Positions 1 to 8,829 of a DNA stretch of 64,000 bases are shown one piece after another. Numbering within the stretch: position 1 is the first letter of the stretch; each line of letters starts with the position of its first letter. Under the pieces are notes generated by a model. The model did not search any database. It was not told the origin of the DNA and saw only the letters and a program-made list of their open reading frames with translations. The position numbers and the translations under genes were made by a program. Origin of the DNA: a virus; IMG/VR virus record IMGVR_UViG_3300037475_000079, positions 1 to 64,000 of that record, one strand, 5' to 3'.

Positions 1-2
1 GG

Positions 3-248
3 GCCAACAATTGCCGCACATTCGAGGGGCCGGGAGTCGGCTGCTACCTGCTTTCGGATTGCGACGGCGCATTTTCGTGCAATGTCTATTCATCGTCGGA
101 CGATGCCATCGAGAAGATAAATCGCTCCCTTGTGTCGTGGGATGATGGCGGCAGGATCTTCGCAGAGTCATCACAAAAGTCGATTCTGGAACACCACTGT
201 TTTGAACACCGTGTGCCACATTTTTTGTCAGTTGTTGAATCACTATGA
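3..248 (+). CDS. hypothetical protein, 3' fragment (gene continues left of the window)
   Basis: Frame 3 is open from the window edge (ANNCRTFEGPGVGCYLLSDCDG...VVESL*). Its TGA overlaps the next ATG (ATGA), the same coupling seen along this operon. Confidence 0.35.
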   Translation, partial: ANNCRTFEGPGVGCYLLSDCDGAFSCNVYSSSDDAIEKINRSLVSWDDGGRIFAESSQKSILEHHCFEHRVPHFLSVVESL

Positions 249-994
249 ACATTGCAGTCCCAAATCCGGTATGCGGTCCGTCGCTCTCAAAGGCCATTTC
301 CAGATTCAACGATAAGTGGATAGAGTCCACAGATCGTGAATTTGGCGGAACTCGATGCTGGGAATGGTCCGCGCAGATAATTCACGGATACGGTTCTTTT
401 TATTTCGATTCAAAGAACAATCGCGCGCATCGCATAAGCTACATGATGTTCGTCGGAAAAATACCGGACGGTCTTCTGGTGTGCCACAAATGCAACAACA
501 AGTGTTGCGTAAATCCATCGCACTTATACATTGGTACGCCAAAGCAAAATTCTCAGGATGCAGTGCGCGACGGACTTTCTCCTGTTGGATCAAGACAGCC
601 AAATTCAAAGCTGACTGAATCGCTGATTGACGAGATTCGGAGCCTTTGGTCGGCCGGAAATATAACTCAAGTTGCATTGGCATCGCAGTTTGGAGTCGAT
701 CAAACTCTGGTCAGCTTGATCGTGATGAATAAGGCGTGGAAACACTGCGCACCGGCTTCTCAGCCACCAATAAGAATTCCGCCGGGTCGTCCAAAGATAA
801 ATTTTGAAATCGCATCGCAAATCAGGAAATTGTATGCCGGCGGTGCTTCCCTCAAAGATATTTCCATGACGCACGGAATAAGCCTTGAGAACGCAGGCCA
901 TGTCGTGAGAAACGAGCAATGGCACGATCCATCATGGGCTTACAAGAGGCGGTACAACAAAAGCAAACGTGTAGTTCTGGAGAGCCTGCGATGA
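245..994 (+). CDS. HNH homing endonuclease with C-terminal HTH-like segments
   Basis: 249-aa ORF. 'HGYGSF..NRAHRISY..VCHKCNNKCCVNPSHLYIGT' matches the HNH_3-type core. Confidence 0.75.
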   Translation: MNIAVPNPVCGPSLSKAISRFNDKWIESTDREFGGTRCWEWSAQIIHGYGSFYFDSKNNRAHRISYMMFVGKIPDGLLVCHKCNNKCCVNPSHLYIGTPKQNSQDAVRDGLSPVGSRQPNSKLTESLIDEIRSLWSAGNITQVALASQFGVDQTLVSLIVMNKAWKHCAPASQPPIRIPPGRPKINFEIASQIRKLYAGGASLKDISMTHGISLENAGHVVRNEQWHDPSWAYKRRYNKSKRVVLESLR

Positions 995-1209
995 TCCCAG
1001 AACGAGAATGCTGCGGACAGCCGATGGAACCTCTAATGTTGATGCTTGAACACAAGCAGCCGTCAGAGGACGGCAGTCTAGGAATCGCATCGGCATGCCT
1101 TCGGTGCAAGGTGAACAGCGAACACAGATTTAACGAATTGTCGCAAGAGGAAATCAATGAGATCGTACAACTGCCAATGGTTCCGGTGGAATTTGCGAGA
1201 GATCCATGA
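991..1209 (+). CDS. hypothetical small Cys-containing protein
   Basis: ATG at 991 overlaps the upstream stop (ATGA) and the ORF end overlaps the next ATG. Sequence is MIPERECCGQP...CLRCK. Confidence 0.4.
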   Translation: MIPERECCGQPMEPLMLMLEHKQPSEDGSLGIASACLRCKVNSEHRFNELSQEEINEIVQLPMVPVEFARDP

Positions 1210-1925
1210 ACGACGTTGCCGTTCTTATTCCGAGTTGTGACCAATTTTCTGATGTGCATCCAGTCGCCTTGGCCTGCCTCAGAAAGTATTGGCCGGACTG
1301 CCCGTGGCCAATCTACACGCAATCGAACAGGCTGCCGTGGGGCAAGAGTCCGATACTCTGCGGAGACGATAAAGGCTGGATTCAGAACACGCTGACGACA
1401 CTCGACTTCATGCCGGAACTCGAATTCGTGTGCCACTTCCTGGACGATATGCTTCTCTGCCGTGACGTCTACACAGACGAACTGCTTGAATATCTGAAGA
1501 TCATGCGTGCCTTCAAGGAGATCGGCGCCTTCCGGGTCGGCCAGACTGGAGGCGACAAGCCGATTGATCCATCTCAGGACTGTGAGCCATTCAAGGCGCT
1601 GCGCATCGACCCGGCATCGCAGTATTACGTCTCGACTGGTCCAACGATCTGGCGCGTAGCGTTTCTGCGGAAGGTGCTGGAGCACGTCAACGGTTCGACG
1701 GCATGGGATTTCGAGATCGGAGGGACGGCGTATGCGCGAACGTGCGAGGAAGAAATCTGGATGCCGACGGGGCCGGAACACGAGCGGCCATTTCGGACAT
1801 TTTATACGGCGATCACGAGAGGACGGTGGAACCGAGGCTGCCTGAATTGGCTGAAGGAAATCGGAATTGAAGAACCAGATTTGTCGCGTAGTGTTATCGA
1901 GGACAATGATCGGAGGCCGATGTGA
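1206..1925 (+). CDS. putative glycosyltransferase-like protein
   Basis: 239-aa ORF with 'VAVLIPSCDQFSDV..YWPDCPWPIY' and an 'FLDDM' acidic motif, resembling polysaccharide-cluster GT-like proteins. Family not identified. Confidence 0.35.
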   Translation: MNDVAVLIPSCDQFSDVHPVALACLRKYWPDCPWPIYTQSNRLPWGKSPILCGDDKGWIQNTLTTLDFMPELEFVCHFLDDMLLCRDVYTDELLEYLKIMRAFKEIGAFRVGQTGGDKPIDPSQDCEPFKALRIDPASQYYVSTGPTIWRVAFLRKVLEHVNGSTAWDFEIGGTAYARTCEEEIWMPTGPEHERPFRTFYTAITRGRWNRGCLNWLKEIGIEEPDLSRSVIEDNDRRPM

Positions 1926-2140
1926 GCGAACCGATTACCGTATGGCCGATCGGTGCCGAAGTGGAAATTGCTACTGACATCGTTGGCAAGATTATCGGCA
2001 TTTGGATCTGCGGAGGACGCAGAATTCCATACAACGTCGCATGGTGGAATGGTCGAGTTCGTGAAGAAAAGTGGCTCGAAGAGTTCGAAGTAAAAAACAC
2101 GAAGCGAACAGCAACAAAAGAAGTAGGATTTCATCAATGA
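1922..2140 (+). CDS. hypothetical small protein (GTG start)
   Basis: 72-aa ORF coupled at both ends by GTGA and ATGA overlaps. Confidence 0.35.
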   Translation: MSEPITVWPIGAEVEIATDIVGKIIGIWICGGRRIPYNVAWWNGRVREEKWLEEFEVKNTKRTATKEVGFHQ

Positions 2141-3327
2141 TCGTCCCTCTCGGCCACGTCGAAGTCACCCCGCGCCAGATCGAACTGGTGACGGAAGCCT
2201 TGCGCAACAACCGCATCTCACGCGGACCGTTTACCGACAAATTCGAGTCCCTGATCGGAGAGATTCATGGCGTCTCGCATTCCGTGTTCATGGCTTCCGG
2301 GACTTGTGCCTTACTTGTCGCTCTCGAAGCCGCAAAAGAACTCCAAGGCTGGCCAGACGGCGCTGAAGTCATCGTCCCCGCCACCACGTTTATCGCCACG
2401 GTCGCGGCGGTCAGGCAGGCAGGATTAACGCCGGTTCTGTGCGACGTGCGGGCGGATGATGCCAATATCGACGTTTCCAAGATCGGCGGCTCAATCACCC
2501 CGAGAACCGTCGCCATCCTGCCAGTTCACCTGCTCGGCCGGGCCTGCGATATGACAAACCTGATGATGTTGGCTGACGATTTCGGGCTGGAAGTCATCGA
2601 GGACTGCTGCGAGGCCATCGGGGTATCGCATTGTGGGCGTCCTGTAGGCTCCTGGGGGCTTGCTGGCGTGATTTCGACATATGTGTGCCATCACGTCTCT
2701 ACGGGCGTCGGAGGCTCGATTCTGACGAATTCTGACGCTTTGGCGACGATCTGCCGCTCATTGATGGTCCACGGTCGAAATCCGGTCTATCTGAGGCTGG
2801 AGGATGACGACGATCTGGACGATTCGAGCATGAAGATCATGATGAACGCCCGGTACAACTTTTGCCGCTGGGGGCATTCGTTTCGGGCGTCGGAGATGGA
2901 AGCGGCGCTGGGGGTTGGCGAGATGGAGGAATGTCCGGTAGACGAGTCCCGCAAGAAGCGGAATGCTATCGCTGGAGCGTTGTCGCTGATCTTCCAGAAA
3001 TGGCCAGATCGAATTGCCTTGCAAGAATGGCCTCATGGATCATCGCCGCTGTTCGCTCCGATCATGTGCGACACTCCCGAAACGTGCCGCGGATTGTCAC
3101 GCCACTTCGAGAAGAATCAAATCGAGACGCGCCCGGTGATGAGCCTTTGTCAGCCGATCATTGTCAAGATGCTGGCGGAACAAGACAAGTCGTTCGATGA
3201 CTTCCCGATAGCCTGTCAGTGGCGTGATAGAGGGTTTTTGGTGGGCTGTCACCCGGCGATTTCGATGGATCAAATCCGCCACATTGAGTCCGTTACTGCA
3301 GCCTATTTCTCTGGAGAATCGTCGTGA
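2137..3327 (+). CDS. DegT/DnrJ/EryC1-family PLP/PMP sugar enzyme, ColD/RfbH-like (putative 3-dehydratase rather than aminotransferase)
   Basis: Fold-type I sugar-aminotransferase layout ('FMASGTCALL', 'VIEDCCEAIG', 'ETRPV', 'GFLVGCHP'). The Schiff-base Lys position reads 'TYVCHHVSTGVGG' (His-His), as in ColD 'FYSHHIATMEGG' recalled from memory. Confidence 0.7.
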   Translation: MIVPLGHVEVTPRQIELVTEALRNNRISRGPFTDKFESLIGEIHGVSHSVFMASGTCALLVALEAAKELQGWPDGAEVIVPATTFIATVAAVRQAGLTPVLCDVRADDANIDVSKIGGSITPRTVAILPVHLLGRACDMTNLMMLADDFGLEVIEDCCEAIGVSHCGRPVGSWGLAGVISTYVCHHVSTGVGGSILTNSDALATICRSLMVHGRNPVYLRLEDDDDLDDSSMKIMMNARYNFCRWGHSFRASEMEAALGVGEMEECPVDESRKKRNAIAGALSLIFQKWPDRIALQEWPHGSSPLFAPIMCDTPETCRGLSRHFEKNQIETRPVMSLCQPIIVKMLAEQDKSFDDFPIACQWRDRGFLVGCHPAISMDQIRHIESVTAAYFSGESS

Positions 3328-3560
3328 GTCAGTATGGCGAGCCGTGGCGTTCCGTCATTGGGCCGCGCTCAAGCAACGTGATGATCTTCTCGAATCAGGA
3401 ATTGCCTGGAATGTTCGTCGCCATGACAGGCACCGGGCCTAATGACACACAGAGAAAGAAGATTGATCGACTCGTCGCATGCGTCAATGCGTGTTCCGGG
3501 TTGTCGGATGAAACGCTTGCCGCAGCGAATAAAGGCAACGTTGTGTTGAAGCCAGTTTAA
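3324..3560 (+). CDS. hypothetical protein
   Basis: 78-aa ORF coupled to the upstream gene. Contains a 'RLVACVNACSGL' motif common in small phage proteins. Confidence 0.4.
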   Translation: MSQYGEPWRSVIGPRSSNVMIFSNQELPGMFVAMTGTGPNDTQRKKIDRLVACVNACSGLSDETLAAANKGNVVLKPV

Positions 3561-3582
3561 CCACCACTTTTCAGGAGCCACC

Positions 3583-4104
3583 ATGCCTCCCCCGAATCAT
3601 CCGCAAAAACAACCTGCTCAGACGCCGCCTGTTGTGCAGTCCCCTCCGGTTCAACCGACAAGCCCGCAGGTTCAACAGCCAACGGAACCAGTCGCGCCGC
3701 GCCCGCATGCATTCAAGCAGACACTAGAAGCCGGGATGCTGACAATCAGTGCCGATTCGATTCTCAAGTTCAAGCTCTGTTGGGCACAGGCAGGAGCGTC
3801 CATCGAGGCTCTCGTGCGTCACATCCGGGACAAGTGCGTCGTCGAAGGAAAGGCTCTCTATCAAGCGGCGATCGACCACGGATTCAAGGATGTCATTCTG
3901 TTGGACAAGTCAGCCAGGATCGCCTCTGACGGCCACGTCGAGCCCGAGAAGCCGGATCTGCCGCGAGAACTGTTTCACGACACATCGGCGAATCCGCTGG
4001 GCATCTACGGCCGCAACGTCCTGCACTTGTCGATGACGGATGAATTCGCGGCGGCAGAGCGCAGGAAGGCGGCGGCGAAAGACGTGCGATACGGACGTGT
4101 TTAG
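3583..4104 (+). CDS. hypothetical protein with Pro/Gln-rich N-terminus
   Basis: 173-aa ORF preceded by AGGAG. Confidence 0.45.
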   Translation: MPPPNHPQKQPAQTPPVVQSPPVQPTSPQVQQPTEPVAPRPHAFKQTLEAGMLTISADSILKFKLCWAQAGASIEALVRHIRDKCVVEGKALYQAAIDHGFKDVILLDKSARIASDGHVEPEKPDLPRELFHDTSANPLGIYGRNVLHLSMTDEFAAAERRKAAAKDVRYGRV

Positions 4105-4139
4105 GAATGGATTGTGGTTTTACTTCAGGAGACTTTGAA

Positions 4140-4346
4140 ATGACGGGGACGATCAAGAAACTCATGCCCGAAGAAAAGGGCTTCGGATTCATTCGCAAGC
4201 AGGATGGAACCGATACTTTCTTCCACTGCCGATCTCTAATCGGCTGCGAATTCGGCCAGCTCCGCGAGGGACTGTCTGTTGAATTCGATGAGGAGCCCGG
4301 CAAGGAAGGGAAGCTACGAGCAAAGAACGTGAAGGTGGTTGCGTGA
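4140..4346 (+). CDS. cold-shock domain protein (CspA family)
   Basis: 'GTIKKLMPEKGFGFI..DTFFH' and 'EGLSVEFD' match the CSD RNP1/RNP2 pattern. GGAG lies 8 nt upstream of the ATG at 4140. Confidence 0.8.
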   Translation: MTGTIKKLMPEEKGFGFIRKQDGTDTFFHCRSLIGCEFGQLREGLSVEFDEEPGKEGKLRAKNVKVVA

Positions 4347-5257
4347 GCGTGCATTTCCTGTGTCACTTCCACGCTCCGTCCATGCCGCATGCGCAGGCGA
4401 TGATCCAATCCCTGCGCCAGTTCGACGATTCACCGATTACGTGCGTCTGCGATCCAGACTGCTACCACGCCTTCGCCGAATCGCCGTTCGTCGAGCGGAT
4501 GGGGAACATCTTCCCGGTTCCGATCCATGTCGTCGAAGCGGAGTGCCGGAGCGAACTGCCGTTCTACCTGGAGAGGCCAAGGAAGTCGCCACGAGATTTC
4601 GCCTGGGCCATGCAGGCTTGCCTTCCGTGGTGGATCATGGAACGCTGCAATGAGGACTGGCTGATCTACATCGACTCGGATTGCTATGCCTTCCAGTCGT
4701 TCCAGCCGATCATCGACCCTCTACCAGATACTGCGCATGTCGGGATTTGTCCACACCATTTCCCTCCCGGTAAAGAGAACGAATCGGCAGGTCGCTATAA
4801 CAACGGAATCGTTATATGGCGTAAGTCTCCGCTCTCGATCGAGCATGCTCTGCGCTGGGGCCGCGAGACGCTAGAACGCTGGCAGCCGGGGCATCCGCGC
4901 TCGATTCCACATGAGCAGAAATTGCTCGATGAATGGTCGGAACAATTGGGACAGGCGTGCGTCGAACTTCCACGCGGTTGCGATGTTGGCCCTTGGCAGT
5001 TCTGGTCAAAGGAAGGCGCTGGCCAAGTGATAGCGTGTGACGGAATGGTTCGTGAGTCACTGAAGACCGATTATGGCGGGAAAGGTCAGGATTGGAATAT
5101 TCAGTCGTATCACTTTCACGAGTTCCGTCGCGGCCCCGGCAAGAATCCCGTTACAATCAAAGGCCAGCAGTGGAATCGTTCGGGCTACCCGCTGCATCCC
5201 GAGACTATTGAGTCGGTTTATCTGCCATACGAACGACAGCTTGCGGAGTTTCTGTAA
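4343..5257 (+). CDS. putative nucleotide-sugar glycosyltransferase (DxD)
   Basis: 304-aa ORF with a GTGA overlap to csp. 'LIYIDSDCYAF' is a DxD-type motif. Confidence 0.45.
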   Translation: MSVHFLCHFHAPSMPHAQAMIQSLRQFDDSPITCVCDPDCYHAFAESPFVERMGNIFPVPIHVVEAECRSELPFYLERPRKSPRDFAWAMQACLPWWIMERCNEDWLIYIDSDCYAFQSFQPIIDPLPDTAHVGICPHHFPPGKENESAGRYNNGIVIWRKSPLSIEHALRWGRETLERWQPGHPRSIPHEQKLLDEWSEQLGQACVELPRGCDVGPWQFWSKEGAGQVIACDGMVRESLKTDYGGKGQDWNIQSYHFHEFRRGPGKNPVTIKGQQWNRSGYPLHPETIESVYLPYERQLAEFL

Positions 5258-5916
5258 TGCCTGACATTCCAGCCGAAGACTGGTCCGCCCCCTGGATAGC
5301 ATCTGATACGTGCTGCAAGCATCAGGCAGAGCAAGCCGAGATCGACCTGCGCGACTGGCTGGCCGGGAAACCGCATGAGGCGTTCGATGCGTTGAAGGCG
5401 GTGCTATCGCCAATCTCGCCGACTGACGACATGACGTTCCTGGAAATCGGTTCAGGCTGCGGATACAACGCCGCTGTATTCCTGATGACTGGACAGAGGC
5501 AGATTTACCACGGACTCGACATCAGTCTGGCGATGGTCGAATATGCCAATAAGCAATTCGGACATATCGGCAAGTTCTCTGTCGGTTCTGCGGAGTCTCT
5601 GCCATTTTCTGATGGCTCGATGGACTGCACATGCCTCGCGGCTGTCATTCAGCACATGCCAGACTACCGGCCAGCGATCCGGGAAGCGATTCGCGTGTCA
5701 AACAGATCAGTTATTCTGCATCGCGTGCAGGCCACGCGCGGAGAGACGAACGAGTTCGTGAATGAGGCATATTCCACTAAATTGCCGACACGCGAACTAA
5801 ACGAGGACGAATTGCTTTCGTTCTGCGAATCGGCAGGGCTGAAGCTGGTTCACGCGCATCGGTGGGGAGATGTGTCGAAGGCATTCAACGCTTCGTTCTT
5901 GTTCGAGAAATCGTGA
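5257..5916 (+). CDS. class I SAM-dependent methyltransferase
   Basis: 'FLEIGSGCGYN' (motif I) and 'GLDIS..MVEYA', a typical Methyltransf_11-like order. Confidence 0.75.
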   Translation: MPDIPAEDWSAPWIASDTCCKHQAEQAEIDLRDWLAGKPHEAFDALKAVLSPISPTDDMTFLEIGSGCGYNAAVFLMTGQRQIYHGLDISLAMVEYANKQFGHIGKFSVGSAESLPFSDGSMDCTCLAAVIQHMPDYRPAIREAIRVSNRSVILHRVQATRGETNEFVNEAYSTKLPTRELNEDELLSFCESAGLKLVHAHRWGDVSKAFNASFLFEKS

Positions 5917-6113
5917 TGGCTGCCGGTGTCCGCGGTACTTCTGGAGGAGTAATAATGGGAATGAATGGACCGCCTCCGAGCGACAGACCGCGATATCCGA
6001 TCGCCACTCCGCCCATGCCACCAATCATCCGGCAGCCTATCAACTGCCGTGGCTGCGGCGCGAATCATGCAGCCAGCCAATGCCCCTATTGCGGAAGAGG
6101 ACGCGGAGGATGA
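5916..6113 (+). CDS. small Pro-rich protein with C-terminal CxxC..CxxC zinc-ribbon-like motif
   Basis: The internal ATG at 5916 overlaps the upstream TGA. Ends 'INCRGCGANHAASQCPYCGRGRGG', and its TGA overlaps the next ATG. Confidence 0.4.
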   Translation: MAAGVRGTSGGVIMGMNGPPPSDRPRYPIATPPMPPIIRQPINCRGCGANHAASQCPYCGRGRGG

Positions 6114-6742
6114 GTATTCGGATTTCAAGTGCCGTCACAACCTCCCCGCGAGCCAATGGCGTTGATTATCTTCCCGCTACTATGGAATCGTTAAGTAACT
6201 CCGGATTCGATCCCCTGATCGTGCAGGACGACGACTACCGCGGATCTTGGCCGATGCTGCGAGAGGCGTTGAGATTGCTGCTGGAACGTGGGGCTCACGA
6301 CGCTCTGATCGTGTTTCAGGACGACATCGTTGTCGCCAAGGGACTGTTCGCATGGCTCGAAGAAACACTATGGCCGGCGGATCCAGAGACGATCGGTTGC
6401 GTGTCGCTTTACACCGCAGGCGCGAACAGCCGTGAAGAAAACGGCTGGTACACGTCGGATGATTTGCCGAATTTCAAGCCGTGGGGCGCGTGTGGTTTGT
6501 GCTTCCCGAGACGATCGGCCGAACTGCTGCTGGCGAACCCGCCGAACAAGGCACTGATGAGTTGCTCTGACGCTTCCGTGGCGACTTTTTGTAGAATGAA
6601 CGAACTGAATTTCTGGATGCACAGTCCTTCGCTGGTCCAGCATATCGGCGAGACGAGTTCGCTGGGAATCGGGAACACGCGAGGCATCACCGAAGATCGC
6701 TGTGCCAGTCGGTTTTGCGTTGACGCGAGGGAACTGCAATGA
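6110..6742 (+). CDS. putative GT-A-type glycosyltransferase
   Basis: Starts at MSIRISSAVTTSPR. Has an 'IVFQDDIVV' DxD-like motif and a C-terminal 'HSPSLVQHIGETSSLG' typical of GT-A enzymes. The 5870 start in the ORF track is an out-of-context extension. Confidence 0.5.
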   Translation: MSIRISSAVTTSPRANGVDYLPATMESLSNSGFDPLIVQDDDYRGSWPMLREALRLLLERGAHDALIVFQDDIVVAKGLFAWLEETLWPADPETIGCVSLYTAGANSREENGWYTSDDLPNFKPWGACGLCFPRRSAELLLANPPNKALMSCSDASVATFCRMNELNFWMHSPSLVQHIGETSSLGIGNTRGITEDRCASRFCVDARELQ

Positions 6743-7425
6743 CATTCAAAGGCGCGGATGGAAAACTGTCGTTCGGTGGCCAGTCGTTCAATGTGACAGA
6801 ATGGTCCGCCGACATCATCGCCCCGCCAGTGTTCTACTTCGAAGGCAAGCCGTTCGAGATGAACGCGGCAGGGATTTATGTGCCGGCGTGTTCGTGCGAA
6901 CCATTTTCTCAGCCGATCGACTGGAGCAACGCGACAACCACGGTATCTTCATCTGATGCACCGAAAATCACGATGGCTTCTGTATTGTCTTCAGTAGAGA
7001 AAATGAAAGCAGCAGCCGAGAAGCACATCACCACAAGCCTGTTCGACAACTCTGGACTATGGAAGCCTCTGGTCGATTCGTCGATTGGAAATAATCACCA
7101 GAAGATGCTTGATACCGGAAAGCTGTTCGATTCATACAAAACTGTTCCAATTCCAGACGGCAATCCGATCAGTATCCATACGATGTTCGAGCATGTATTT
7201 ATTCCACCGCCAATCCATGTAACATTCGCTGGACTGATCGCCAGCATGTTATCGGCGAGAATCCGTCGCTTCATCATCGAGCACGACGACTCGCACCTGT
7301 TCACGCGAGAGCCGACAATGCGCCCGTGGCAGCAATCCGATGAACAGCACATTCTGAGAGCCATCCACGGCGGAGGCGATTGGGTATGGTCTGAGACGCT
7401 GAAGGCGCACGTCAGGGTTGTTTAG
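6739..7425 (+). CDS. hypothetical protein
   Basis: 228-aa ORF and last gene of the + operon. Its stop overlaps the stop of the convergent gene. Confidence 0.5.
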   Translation: MTFKGADGKLSFGGQSFNVTEWSADIIAPPVFYFEGKPFEMNAAGIYVPACSCEPFSQPIDWSNATTTVSSSDAPKITMASVLSSVEKMKAAAEKHITTSLFDNSGLWKPLVDSSIGNNHQKMLDTGKLFDSYKTVPIPDGNPISIHTMFEHVFIPPPIHVTFAGLIASMLSARIRRFIIEHDDSHLFTREPTMRPWQQSDEQHILRAIHGGGDWVWSETLKAHVRVV

Positions 7426-8492
7426 CGGCCTGCTGATTGGCCTGCCTTAGCAAGTCGAAATAGATCATCAGCCAGACCGTCAGATCCCGCTGCCCCCGTC
7501 GAATTGACAAATGCATCGGTCAAATCGGCTTCGTAGGTCTGCACTAATCCCGTAGCCGGCGTGACTGACAGAATCAGCGTGTCGCCACTCGCATTTGGTG
7601 CGGCTGGGTCAACTCCCGACGTCGCGTCCTGGATTGTGCGAACAGCGAACATTAGCACTCCGAGCGCACTTGGAACGCCAGTAATGTTTCCGCGTGGCGA
7701 GAACATCAGATCGACGTTGACCGGCGAGACCGGAGGCGGCACCGAGTAGCTGGCGAGTGTCTTAACCGCCTGATTTGAGTAGGCGATGTCGATGACGCAG
7801 CCAGATGGCATCGGTATCGGCTGGTGAAAAGCGAGTACTTCGTTGCCTACCAGAATGCCGATTGACGAATCGGTGTCCGTCGCCAGCTTGTTGACGAACG
7901 ATTTGGCCGGCGAGATTTGATTTCCGCCGTTGTCGAAGGCTGCGGCAAGCGTAAGAATTACATTCCCCGCATTGTCTTTCTGGCAATAGTACGGAGGCAC
8001 GTTAGAGACCTGCTGCAAAGGATACCACTGTCCAGTCAGTGCGGGAATCTGTGCCTTGACGAGTCCCGGTTGCCAGAGCGAAATAGATGATGAATCCTGC
8101 GCGAGCCATGCCGCCGATTCGGGACTGCCTACGACGATCTGAATTGAAGGATTCGGAAGCGGATTGATAACAGTCATGACGTTGCTCTCCTGTCCATTGG
8201 CGGAGTTTCCCGCAACCTGCATCGGCATCGGCTGCAAGTACACGAAACCGTTAATCAAGTTCGGATTCGTCGCGTCCCGTGTCAGCCGGACACCGCGATA
8301 GTCCTTAGCGTGCAGTGCTCGATCTTTGGCCCCCAGGAATGCGGACTGCCCGATTCGTACCGACGAACGGACACGCTCGCTCGACTTGCCACTATTGAAC
8401 ACGGCCATCGCCGCTCCTATTAGCAGCAGCATGATCGTGATGACCACGAGCAATTCGACAATGGTAAATCCAGATCGGCGGTTAGCTTTCAT
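7422..8492 (-). CDS. prepilin-type N-terminal cleavage/methylation domain protein (pseudopilin-like)
   Basis: N-terminus 'MKANRRSGFTIVELLVVITIMLLLIGAAMAVF' is the class III signal / pilin hydrophobic helix. Confidence 0.7.
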   Translation of the reverse strand: MKANRRSGFTIVELLVVITIMLLLIGAAMAVFNSGKSSERVRSSVRIGQSAFLGAKDRALHAKDYRGVRLTRDATNPNLINGFVYLQPMPMQVAGNSANGQESNVMTVINPLPNPSIQIVVGSPESAAWLAQDSSSISLWQPGLVKAQIPALTGQWYPLQQVSNVPPYYCQKDNAGNVILTLAAAFDNGGNQISPAKSFVNKLATDTDSSIGILVGNEVLAFHQPIPMPSGCVIDIAYSNQAVKTLASYSVPPPVSPVNVDLMFSPRGNITGVPSALGVLMFAVRTIQDATSGVDPAAPNASGDTLILSVTPATGLVQTYEADLTDAFVNSTGAAGSDGLADDLFRLAKAGQSAGR

Positions 8493-8682
8493 TCTTGCAT
8501 CCCCCTACATTGAGTCGGTACGTTTCCCAAGCCTGCATCGTGAACGCGATGCCGGCCATTCCCCAGAACATCAGATCGAGCTGTATCAACTGCCAGAGAC
8601 GCCCGTCAATCATCCTCTCGAATAGCGGCGTGCTGTCGAATGGCAAGTAGATCGAAAAAAGGTGATCCTGAATAGGAGGCAT
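8482..8682 (-). CDS. hypothetical small hydrophobic protein
   Basis: Start taken at MPPIQDH (AGGTG upstream). Overlaps the pilin-like start by 11 nt. Confidence 0.3.
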   Translation of the reverse strand: MPPIQDHLFSIYLPFDSTPLFERMIDGRLWQLIQLDLMFWGMAGIAFTMQAWETYRLNVGGCKNES

Positions 8683-8701
8683 TTGGCACCTGAAATGATT
8701 T

Positions 8702-8740
8702 GACCTCGCCAGCACCGGGTTCAGCGGTGCGGGCGAGGTC
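8702..8740 (-). other. nested stem-loop in an intergenic region
   Basis: GACCTCGCC..GGCGAGGTC (9 bp) encloses GCACCG-ggttcag-CGGTGC. No T-run follows. Confidence 0.3.
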
Positions 8741-8829
8741 GTGACAGCGGAAAAGCTGCTTCGTGATACCCGGCTGAACCACGGGCCTCTGTGTCTGTAA
8801 CGTATTGTGGACGTGAATGGATCACGCCG

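Noticed and set aside
5870-6109. N-terminal 80 aa of the 290-aa ORF 5870..6742
   Set aside because: Arg/Cys/Ser-rich, and it overlaps two coupled genes. The ATG at 6110 overlaps the upstream stop and begins a plausible glycosyltransferase N-terminus.
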